A stretch of DNA of 64,000 nucleotides from Octopus sinensis (Eukaryota), in contig NC_043000.1 in assembly GCF_006345805.1 (NCBI RefSeq), forward strand, positions 53,196,001 to 53,260,000, given 5' to 3'. The notes under the pieces are model-generated. The model did not search any database, was not told the DNA's origin, and saw only the letters and a list, made by a program, of their open reading frames with translations. Made by a program: the position numbers and the translations under genes. This document shows positions 38,260-49,245 of this stretch, one piece after another. The first letter of the stretch is position 1, and every line of letters begins with the position of its first letter.

Positions 38260-38979
38260 CACTCTCCCCACAACCCCCACTCTACCCTAACCCCCAGCCG
38301 AACCCACACCCCACATGGGATTTCCCCACTCTCGCCTCCCCACCTCCCCACAACATCACACCACACTACACCATACGACATTACAAATCACATCACAACA
38401 CACCACCAACAGCACACCGCCCACATTACACATCACATCACAACACACCACCCACAGCACACCGCCCACATTACACATCACATCACAATACACCACCCAC
38501 AGCACACCGCCCACACACCTATCCCCACATATTTACACCTACACATACATACACATATCATATCACAACACACCACCCACACACACATCCCCATATCTCC
38601 AACCCACACATACGCACATACACACGTCCGGACCACCAGCCCTCTTTCACACGCACATACATACTCTCTTATACACACACGCACCTTCGTGTTGGGGTCA
38701 CCTTCGTTTTGGAAGTCACTTGACCCTGTTATCTCCCCTACTATCTCTCTAGCGCCTAATGTCTGACCTCTGACCTCTGACTTCTATGAAGTCAGAACGC
38801 CATGATAGACCGCATTTTTTTCTCTCCTTGTTTCTTTTCTGTGTATCTTTCTATCAAAGAGCTTAGGCTCGAAACGTAAAAGACTTGTTCTATTTCTATT
38901 CCTGAGCGCCATACTAATACATTTGTTTGTTTGTACTCCACCTGCCATCATCTTTTGTTTATTTTCGTAAACCTTCCCG

Positions 38980-38990
<11 letters not shown>
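38260..38990 (+). mobile_element. Composite PLE-like repeat (CA-rich tract, unique segment, HHR family 2, then (TA)n)
   Basis: Colinear with the reverse complement of 47660-48410. HHR-like motif tcttt CTATCAA A gagc-ttag-gctc GAAAC GTA aaaga at 38846-38883. Confidence 0.75.
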
Positions 38991-39021
<31 letters not shown>

Positions 39022-39024
39022 TAG

Positions 39025-39068
<44 letters not shown>

Positions 39069-39286
39069 TGAGATAGAGAGTCTGAAATATATGTATATAC
39101 GTATATGTATCGAACTACAAAGTATCCTATCAACACCTCATCCAAGGCTGAACAATTTATTTTAAGAGTTAAGTGCTGTTAAAACAATAGGAAATAGTAT
39201 ATACTCCTAATTCCATAAATGTTCAATGGTTGATCTACTAGCATTCTTCACACAATTCTTGTCGTATTAAAAATAAACATGCATTA

Positions 39287-39288
<2 letters not shown>

Positions 39289-39324
<36 letters not shown>

Positions 39325-41865
39325 AGTATGCTTATGAGCATGTGTATGTGTTGAAATATCTTCCCGTATGTTTCACAAAGTATGAAACAGTAAAACTGTC
39401 AGAACTCAATGCAAATAAGGCAATAACGGTAGAATATAAAACTTGCATCTTGCGTATTTTTGAAATGCCTGAACCAATAATTTATATATGCTAATATCGC
39501 AGAAACCGAATGCTAAAAAGAACGCTAGTTTTGCAATTAAGAAGCTGAAGACTCGTATTTATGGAGAAATTTGAAATAAAACTGAAGTAAAGAATTTGAA
39601 ATAGGAAAAGATAAATATGAGAATGCTATATTTGATGGAAGATATGTAAATATAACAAACTGCGGGAAATATTAAACCGAAATATAATATTTATGCATAT
39701 GAATTCTGAAAGAAAACACTGAAAACTATTGGCAAACGAGAAGTTGAAGAAAGTTGTTGAAAAACACCTGGTCGCAAATTTGATATAGCAAGTCATATAT
39801 ATTAAAAGATATTTAGGAAAACAATGCACACAATATACTCATATACATATTATGCCAACATATATATATAAGGAAAAATATGAGCAATATAAAAAGCTCT
39901 GGGCAACTAAGCTGTTTTGCAGCAAATTGCGATGTTATGTTATCGTTTGTTTAAGGATTTGATAAATATATTTTGCTGTTAGTTCTCTAAGTGCAAATAT
40001 ATACATAGAGATACGCACGTGCAAGCGCTCACACACACACACACACACTCACACAGACACACAAGCTCACATCAATTTACATGTGACAGATTAACGAACT
40101 GGTTTCCTACAAACAAAATACGCTAAAGCACATGTTAGCTTGTCTTTCATTTCAGAGCAGAAACATGTTAGTTCACCTGTCCTCATATACTGAAAAAGAA
40201 CGAATGTTTTATGCTGAAATTAAACTATTTTAGATATATATGGTATATGCATGCATACCTATGTGTGTGTGTGTGCGTGGAGGGTGAGAGAGAATGGGAG
40301 TGACAGCGGGGCAGAGTGAAGGAGGGGAAGAACGAGAGAGAGATTGTGTTTTCCAAACACATGGCTCTGGGTTCACTTTCACTGCGTCGCATCTTTGCTC
40401 AAGAATACAACGCATCGCCCGGTCCAGGAATCAAAACCACAACCTTACGATCAGGAGTTCAACACCCTAAACCACTAAGCCACGCGCCTCCACTTTGTAA
40501 ATAATATTTTTATCTGAAAGTATTAAATGTTGCTTACCAGATGAATCAGTATTATGAATAATGCATGTACACACACACACACCACACACACACACACACA
40601 CACTTAGTATGCTTATGAGCATGTGTATGTGTTGAAATATCTTCCCGTATGTTTCACAAAGTATGAAACAGTAAAACTGTCAGAACTCAATGCAAATAAG
40701 GCAATAACGGTAGAATATAAAACTTGCATCTTGCGTATTTTTGAAATGCCTGAACCAATAATTTATATATGCTAATATCGCAGAAACCGAATGCTAAAAA
40801 GAACGCTAGTTTTGCAATTAAGAAGCTGAAGACTCGTATTTATGGAGAAATTTGAAATAAAACTGAAGTAAAGAATTTGAAATAGGAAAAGATAAATATG
40901 AGAATGCTATATTTGATGGAAGATATGTAAATATAACAAACTGCGGGAAATATTAAACCGAAATATAATATTTATGCATATGAATTCTGAAAGAAAACAC
41001 TGAAAACTATTGGCAAACGAGAAGTTGAAGAAAGTTGTTGAAAAACACCTGGTCGCAAATTTGATATAGCAAGTCATATATATTAAAAGATATTTAGGAA
41101 AACAATGCACACAAATATACTCATATACATATTATGCCAACATATATATATAAGGAAAAATATGAGCAATATAAAAAGCTCTGGGCAACTAAGCTGTTTT
41201 GCAGCAAATTGCGATGTTATGTTATCGTTTGTTTAAGGATTTGATAAATATATTTTGCTGTTAGTTCTCTAAGTGCAAATATATACATAGAGATACGCAC
41301 GTGCAAGCGCTCACACACACACACACACTCACACAGACACACAAGCTCACATCAATTTACATGTGACAGATTAACGAACTGGTTTCCTACAAACAAAATA
41401 CGCTAAAGCACATGTTAGCTTGTCTTTCATTTCAGAGCAGAAACATGTTAGTTCACCTGTCCTCATATACTGAAAAAGAACGAATGTTTTATGCTGAAAT
41501 TAAACTATTTTAGATATATATGGTATATGCATGCATACCTATGTGTGTGTGTGTGCGTGGAGGGTGAGAGAGAATGGGAGTGACAGCGGGGCAGAGTGAA
41601 GGAGGGGAAGAACGAGAGAGAGATTGTGTTTTCCAAACACATGGCTCTGGGTTCACTTTCACTGCGTCGCATCTTTGCTCAAGAATACAACGCATCGCCC
41701 GGTCCAGGAATCAAAACCACAACCTTACGATCAGGAGTTCAACACCCTAAACCACTAAGCCACGCGCCTCCACTTTGTAAATAATATTTTTATCTGAAAG
41801 TATTAAATGTTGCTTACCAGATGAATCAGTATTATGAATAATGCATGTACACACACACACACACA

Positions 41866-41881
<16 letters not shown>
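39289..41881. repeat. Tandem duplication, period 1280-1281 bp, bounded by three (CA)n tracts
   Basis: ttagtatgcttatgagc at 39323 and 40604. Duplicated ORF translations are identical. I saw only a 1-bp indel and a 2-bp (CA) indel within the units. Confidence 0.95.
40395..40493 (-). mobile_element. Type-C SINE tRNA-like head (duplicated at about 41675-41773)
   Basis: Minus strand ggaggcgcgtggcttagtgg (A box)...ggttttgattcc (B box)...ttcttgagcaaag. Same family as 32391. Confidence 0.75.
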
Positions 41882-41932
<51 letters not shown>

Positions 41933-42597
41933 TAGATATATGGAGGTGTCTCTGCCTGCGTGTGTATACAGCTATGTATGTGTATATACCTGTCTTTATA
42001 TAATGACTCAAGTAGAATTACGAAAACTAAAAAATGATATACTAGCATATTCTATATTCTTTCCCCGAATTTCGATCAAAATTTCCAGAGAAGAAGTTTA
42101 GGAAAATTCTACATGCACACAAAAACTCAGGCATCATAGCTGTTCGGAATAAGTTCACAGCATATCCCCATTTTCAAGGACTTTCCCTCATTGCACACAA
42201 CATTTGGGTCTCTAAGTCATTGCATTCATAGTAAAGCCTTTCGGGATTTGTTGAAAGTTATCTATTGTCGCTGACAAGCGAAGCGGGTGATATAACATTT
42301 AATCTTAAGAGACCAGAAATATGTCACTGGGAGTGACATGCAATCGTGCCACTCTACATGGTTAAAATAAAGCTGCATTATCTACGTCATGAATATTGAT
42401 AACATAACTGAAACAAATTCGGATAACCAGGCTGTTACAACGAATGTCCTTGACAATAGATCTTACTTTTATCCTTTAACAGCCCAAAATATCTATATCA
42501 TAAATTCAGTTCAAGACTCTACTGCATTCTTCTATATGTGGGTATGAATAAAGAACGTATATAGAATTGCAGTTTATAAATATTTGACATTTTCTTT

Positions 42598-42643
<46 letters not shown>

Positions 42644-43379
42644 TGTGTGTGTGTGCGTGCGTCACGTGTGTGTGCAAGCGTATATGTATGTGTGTGTGTT
42701 TGCTCCTGCGTCCATGTGTGTGTCATTTTTTGTGTGTGTACTGTAGAAAAAATTAACAATTTTGCAAACAACTGGTATCAATGTATCAGGTTAAGAGTAG
42801 GGAAGTTATATATCTGAACAAAGTCGTTGAGTTCTTACAAAAAATGTTAGAGTACATTTGAGTGTAGAGTGAGAGAAAGGGTCCTAATAAATACTATACA
42901 TCTTAGTCCTTTGACGATATTTAAAATAATTGCTCAGTAAAATGTTTAGGTAAGAAAATCTTACGTGTAGAACGTCTATTATTTTACATGGATGCCTAAT
43001 AGAATAGTAAACCGGGGCGGAGACAACACAAATACAAAAACACATACGATGATACAACAGATGAAGGACTCACAGAATGTAAGCAAACGAAGCATTGTTC
43101 ACTACTAGAAGAAAATGCTGTCTGAATAGAGAAGGGATCAATGTCTCACAAAGAAGTCCTAAGATGCACCAGCATAAAAAAATTTCCCTTCGTCACAACG
43201 AACGCAGACTAACGAATCACTGTACGTACTTCAGACATCCAATATAATACTAAATTTCAATATCAATATTTAAGTTGAAAATTTCCTCACTCGGACTAAA
43301 CCTTATATATCTGGCACAAAATTATGCAACAATGTATTCGGTGGGTCACGCAAATGCACACACAAACACACCTACACAA

Positions 43380-43436
<57 letters not shown>

Positions 43437-43475
43437 ATACAGACATGTGTCATTCATGCACGTAGTATATACATA

Positions 43476-43708
43476 CTCTTTTACTCTTTTACTCTTTTAC
43501 TTGTTTCAGTCATTTGACTGCGGCCATGCTGCAGCACCGCCTTTAGTCGAGCAAATCGACCCCGGGACATATTCTTTGTAAGCCCAGTACTTATTCTATC
43601 GGGCTCTTTTGCCGAACCGCTAAGTGACGGGGACGTAAACACACCAGCATCGGTTGTCAAGCAATGCTAGGGGGACAAACACAGACACATAAACACGCAC
43701 ACACACGC

Positions 43709-43746
<38 letters not shown>

Positions 43747-43910
43747 GACAGGATTCTTTCAGTTTCCGTCTACCAAATCCACTCACAAGGCATTGGTCGG
43801 CCCGGGGCTATAGTAGAAGACACTTGCCCAAGATGCCACGCAGTGGGATTGAATCCGGAATCATGTGGTTGGTTAGCAAGCTACTTACCACACAGCCACT
43901 CCTGCGCCTA
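43476..43910 (-). mobile_element. Young full-length type-B SINE
   Basis: Head ggcgcaggagtggctgtgtggtaagtagc, CORE-like cttgggcaagtgtcttc, internal (TA)n and an (agtaaaag)n tail. Confidence 0.92.
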
Positions 43911-44123
43911 TATGTAAAATATAACTGTATAGTGTGTGTATGTATGCATTTATATATATAGCGAGAAGTTGAAGTTATATGAGATAATGGTGTCAATGAG
44001 ACCCAAAAGTAGCAGGTAATGCTGAATAAGTGCTATAGACAGACCGTAGTTGAGTTCCAGATTCGGTAATATTGTGAATAAATGGTTCAAACTTTGGTTT
44101 TACGTCAGCATGTCAGAGTGTGT

Positions 44124-44492
44124 ATATATGAATTATTTGTGTAATGAGATAAAAAAAAAAACCAAGGCTGTATAGATATTAGAGCATTTATAGATAGAAG
44201 GTCTTACAACTGTTTCTAGAATATTAATTAATAATAGAATGGTTGTATACTGTCAATCTAACAAGAACGTGACAGCAGGGGGTACACCACCGCTGTATAA
44301 CCCTAGGAAGCATCGAACGCCTCCTGATAGCTTTGACACATTTTTCCCTGTGTCCTTATATACATATACGAAGGGAAGACAAACACCCCCGGCCGCCGGA
44401 ACTGCATCTAGGGACACCGTGTTTCAATCTATAAATGCTCTAATATCTTATACAGCCTTGGTTTTTTTATCTCATTACGCAAATAATTCATT
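44124..44492. mobile_element. ~370-bp element with ~70-bp inverted arms; the left side carries the 3' half of HHR family 3
   Basis: 44124-44194 is the reverse complement of 44427-44492. Minus strand GAAAC AGTT GTA AGAC at 44201-44216. Confidence 0.7.
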
Positions 44493-44534
<42 letters not shown>

Positions 44535-44641
44535 TAGATTGATAGATAGATAAATAGATAGACAGACAGACGGACAGACAGGTAGTTATCATATGCCTGT
44601 GAAACATATACCGTGCAATGTATATAGTTTTCTTTTTGAAA

Positions 44642-44885
44642 TACGGTAATCCCTTGCCATATCGCGATTCACCTATCGTGCACACATTACATCGTGGTTC
44701 ACACATCGCGGACTCAGTACATCGCGGATTTATCTGGCTAATATATGTAAATTTATGTCGCGGACTCTTCAGCAAATTGCAGTTTTCTGCGGCCGATAGA
44801 TATTTATATATATATATTTTTATTTTTATTATTTCTGTGGGATGTTGTGGCACGTAACACCCGCGATAATTGAAGGAATACTGTA
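44642..44885. mobile_element. pogo/Tigger-type MITE
   Basis: Ends tacggtaatcccttgccatatcgcg / ccgcgataattgaaggaatactgta are imperfect TIRs with TA ends. Internal catcgcgg repeats. Confidence 0.75.
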
Positions 44886-46111
44886 TAGTTAAATTGTAAT
44901 ATATCTGCATAACCAGAAATTAAATTACCAATAGATTTCTCTGTTAATCAACATACAGTTTAATGCGCATATACATTCACACATACACCTCCACTTCCCC
45001 TGTCTCTTTCTGTCTCTGTCTCTCTCACACGTGTGTGTGTATGTGACTTTACTGGTGACAGGTCTTCAGGATACGAAATAGGCGTAAAGGCGTCTGTGTG
45101 TTGAATTGAATTGAAGTGACACCAATATTAAGATGTTGAAAGTATTCAATGATTTTCCCACCTCGAAGCAAATACACTGAATTGAATATTGACTTCCTGC
45201 GATACAGTTTCATCAATAACATGGATATTGCATACAATGGAGTGTTTCATAACAGAAAACATGTCCGATTTTCTGAAAGGAAATAAACTTCATGGAAATG
45301 TAATGAAAATAAGAATTGTAATGGGTCACCTTTTTCAGAATTTACATTACGTTTGCAATTGAATTTTAATACAGGTGAATACCTAACAGTGATAAATAGA
45401 GAAAGAAAAAAAACGCAGAAAGAAAAATAAAACGTAAACCTTTGGCAAAATATATTGTATGTCAAAAATATGGAAATAGTAAGACAAAAAGAGTAACAAA
45501 ATGTACATTGTGTAGGAAGGCGCATGCGTATCTTTGTGCTTAGCATAATAGCAGAAAAATATTAACTTCTCATATAGTTCATATTTTTATTCTACTTAAC
45601 ATCTGTTTCTTTATGGTAAACACTACCATATTTATAAACAGAAAATTATGATGTATAATTGCTTTAAATTAAAGGAGATGCAGTTTAAATTCAAAACATG
45701 CACAGAATAATTTTTAGAGAACACTTTCACGGACAGAAAACCGAAGTCAAATAAGAAAGAAGTAACCCAGCTCCCAAATTATCAAAAGATTAAACAAAAA
45801 CTATTTTGAAATGAGAATTAGAAAAGTGGTATAGAGTCATGGCCAATATAAGAAACTGAAAATAAAGATTAAAATGGAAAACCTAAGAATTACGTCGCTG
45901 GATAACACAAAATTGTCTTTTATCTGGTCATTTTAATGTATAGTGATATCACGAAGAATTCCAAGAAGGATATCTATAGTGGCTACCAGGTGAGCGTAGA
46001 CGATAACTGGTAAATATATCGTTACTATATGCGCATTATTTAAAACAATGATATGCTGGTATCAGTATTTGATATATATGAACCTCTGTATATGTACATC
46101 AACCGGTCTGT

Positions 46112-46187
<76 letters not shown>

Positions 46188-46189
46188 AC

Positions 46190-46310
46190 ACATAGTACTT
46201 CCCAACTACATGGTTCTGGGTTCAGTCCCACTGTTTGGGCAAGTATCCTCTACTATACTCTCTGACCGTGAGTGGATTTAGAAGAGGGAAACTGAAAGAA
46301 ACCCGGCGTA
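46190..46310 (+). mobile_element. Type-B SINE 5' fragment
   Basis: cccaactacatggttctgggttcagtcccactg..tttgggcaagtatcctc. Confidence 0.7.
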
Positions 46311-46910
46311 TGTGTGTCTTTGTGTAGTATGTATGCATTTATGTATGTATTTATGTATGTATGTATGTATGTATGTATGTATGTATGTGCGTGAGTACGT
46401 CAGTATATGTGTAACTTTGATTATACTTATGTCCAATAAACTTTAGGCACTCTTTATTTTTGTGCCTGTATATGTAACACGCTTTAGCATTTCGATAAAT
46501 AGATAAAGATAACTCAAGGTCTAAACTTATGTGTATTGCAGTCGGTGTGATTGTCTAAACATTTGAAGCCAATTGTGCTTGCATTACGGGTAGCAGTGTA
46601 AATTGTTTCAGCAAGTGCAAGTTTCATATGCAGCAAGTTGATATCCTGTTATAGCAGCTGCTGACTACCCCTGTGAGGATGAGACCGTCACTTAATAACG
46701 TTATAAATTGAAAGCACTGGCGGAATATTTAATAAAATGATTTCCGGGAAGATGTCACTTCGTCAGATATTTTAGCTTTCACTCATTTATTTATTTGTTT
46801 TCCGTTTTTTCTATATTTCTTTCCAGTTTGATATAAGCTGAATGCTGATATACATCAGTAGGATATTAACTATTCACATTATTAGAATTTCAGTTATTGA
46901 TGATTAAACA

Positions 46911-46976
46911 TAGGCGCAGGAGTAGCTGTGTGGTAAGAAGTTTGTTTCCCGACCACGAAAATTGAAAGTCTGTCGT

Positions 46977-47023
<47 letters not shown>

Positions 47024-47245
47024 GGGGGAGAGGGAGAGAGAGAGAGAGTGTGTGTGTATGTGTTTGCGTTTGTTACCCCCCGCCAGGTTTGATAACCGGT
47101 GATGGTGTGTTTAAGTTTCTGTAACTTACTGGTTCGGCAAAAAGACCTATAGAATAAGTACCATGCTTAAAAAATTAAAGCACTTGAGTCGATTCATATG
47201 ACTTAAATTCTTCATGAATGAAACAAGTAAAAGAATAAAAGAATA
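46911..47245 (+). mobile_element. Internally deleted type-B SINE
   Basis: ataggcgcaggagtagctgtgtggtaagaag...ggttcggcaaaaagacctatagaataagtacc...gaaacaagtaaaagaataaaag. Confidence 0.75.
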
Positions 47246-47659
47246 ACTTGTCAATGAAAAATCCACAAAAGATTTTTAAAAATTAAAGAAGAATAATGGC
47301 TTAAGGAAATGTAAGTGAACGAAAGACTACATCAGTAAATAGCAACAGCGGATTGTTTCAACTCATTATATATGAAGAGCTAGATTGATGTAATCTTCTT
47401 AAACCTCCCATAATGTCTTAAGACACAAATCCAAATCAAGGTGGATTGTTCCTATTTGAAGCAAACTGCGATCCACGATATTAAAGGATTCTAGTTAACA
47501 CAGAAGTAAATCCAACCTACTCGCTTGACCCGAGAGAAACAGCTGAGGAATTTTCTATCCCATTCTACATGTTTTCGTTTTAGTATGATGGTAAAGAAGA
47601 AAAAGTAGATGAGCAAATCTGAAATGCTATAGAATATAGATATACTTTAACGGGAAAGT

Positions 47660-48410
47660 TTACGAAAATAAACAAAATACGAAGGCAGGTGGAGTACAAA
47701 CAAACAAATGTATTAGTATAGCGCTCAGGAATAGAAATAGAAAAAGTATTTTACGTTTCAAGCCTACGCTCTTCGACAGAAAGATACACAGAAAAAAAAA
47801 AGGAGAGAAAAAAATGCCTGTAGAAGCTAACGATCTATCATGGCGTCCTGACTTCGGACAGTGGTGAGACGCGAGAGGGACAGTAGGGGAGATAACAGGG
47901 TCAAGTGACTTCCAATACGAAGGTGCCCCAACACCAAGGTGCATGTGTGTATATGTGCGTGTGAAAGAGGGCTGGTGGTCTGGACGTACGTGTGTATGTA
48001 TGTGTGGGTGTGGAGATGTGGGGATGGGTATGTGGGTGGTGTGTTGTGATGTGATGTGTGTATGTATGTGTAGGTGTAAAGATGTGAAGATGGGTGTGTG
48101 AGCGGTGTGCTGTGGGCGGTGTGTTGAGATGTAATGTGTAATGTTGTATGGTGTAGTGTAGTGTGGTGTGATGTTGTGGGGAGGTGGGAAGGCGAGAATG
48201 GGGAAAGCACAGGTGGGGTGTGGGTTCGGCTGCGGTTTAGGGTAGAGTGGGGGTTGTGGGTAGGTAGAGGGTGGGGTTAGAGGTGAGGTATGTGGGGTAG
48301 GGGCATGGGATATGGGTGAGGTATATGGAGGAGAGGAGTCGGATAGGGGTGAGGTGTATAGGGTAAGGGTGTGGGGTTGAGTGGGGGAAGGGGTGAGATA
48401 TACTTTACTT
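47660..48410 (-). mobile_element. Second composite PLE-like repeat with HHR family 2
   Basis: Minus strand tcttt CTGTCGA A gagc-gtag-gctt GAAAC GTA aaata at 47784-47747. The rest is colinear with 38260-38990. Confidence 0.75.
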
Positions 48411-48449
48411 AGTTAATTTTCTATTTAAATATTAGATTCAAATTATAGT

Positions 48450-48830
48450 ACAAGTCCAGAAGATTCGGGGGAGGGGATAAGTGATTTACATCGACCGCAG
48501 TGATCACCTGGTACTTAATTTTTCGAACCCAAAATACTGAAAAGCAAAGTTGATCTCGGCGGAATTTGAACTCAGAGCGTTAAGACAGACGACGTGCCAA
48601 CGATTTTGACACGTCGTTGCCTTATTTTCTATTAAGATATTCTTTTCTACACTAGGCCCGAAATTTTTTGAGAGGGGTGGGGGCAGTCGATTAGATCGAC
48701 CCCATTACGCAACTGGTACTTAATTTATCGAAACCGAAAGGATGAAATGCGAAGTCGATCTCGGTGGAATTTGAACTCAGAACATAAATACTGACGACGT
48801 GGCAACGATTCTGACACGTCGTCGATTAGT
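48450..48830 (-). mobile_element. Two adjacent type-A SINE fragments
   Basis: Two copies of atcgaccc...ctggtacttaattt...gatctcggcggaatttgaactcaga...gacgacgtg. Confidence 0.75.
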
Positions 48831-49120
48831 TTTCTATTAAGATTTTAACTTGGCTTTCGGAGTATAAAATCCTTCTTCTTTCCTAGAAACTGGATTAGCC
48901 GATTGGGTAAATTACATCATTATTCGTTAGCTCATCTTAATTTCTCGTACCCGAAGATACGAAAAGAAAACAGACACGTGGCCGATGAGAAATCAGAAAC
49001 TATTAAAATTACAAGTAAACGGCATTGAGATCTACACCAAGATAACAAATGTCTCTGCTCCAATATTTTGATATCGCTGAAATTTATACGTGTATTATTA
49101 TTACATATTCATATATATAT

Positions 49121-49245
49121 AAAGACTTGTTTTATTTATATTTCCTGAGCGCCATACTAATACAATTGTTCGTTTGTTTTCCACCTGCCTTCGTCTTTTG
49201 TTTATTTTCATAAAGCTTCCCGTTATATATATATATATATATATT
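49121..49245 (+). mobile_element. 3' portion of the HHR family 2 repeat
   Basis: aaagacttgttt...cctgagcgccatactaatac...ttcccgt(ta)n matches 38879-38990. Confidence 0.8.

Noticed and set aside
48230-48250. Telomeric TTAGGG word (also ccctaa near 38266)
   Set aside because: Single occurrences inside a G-rich repeat, not an array.
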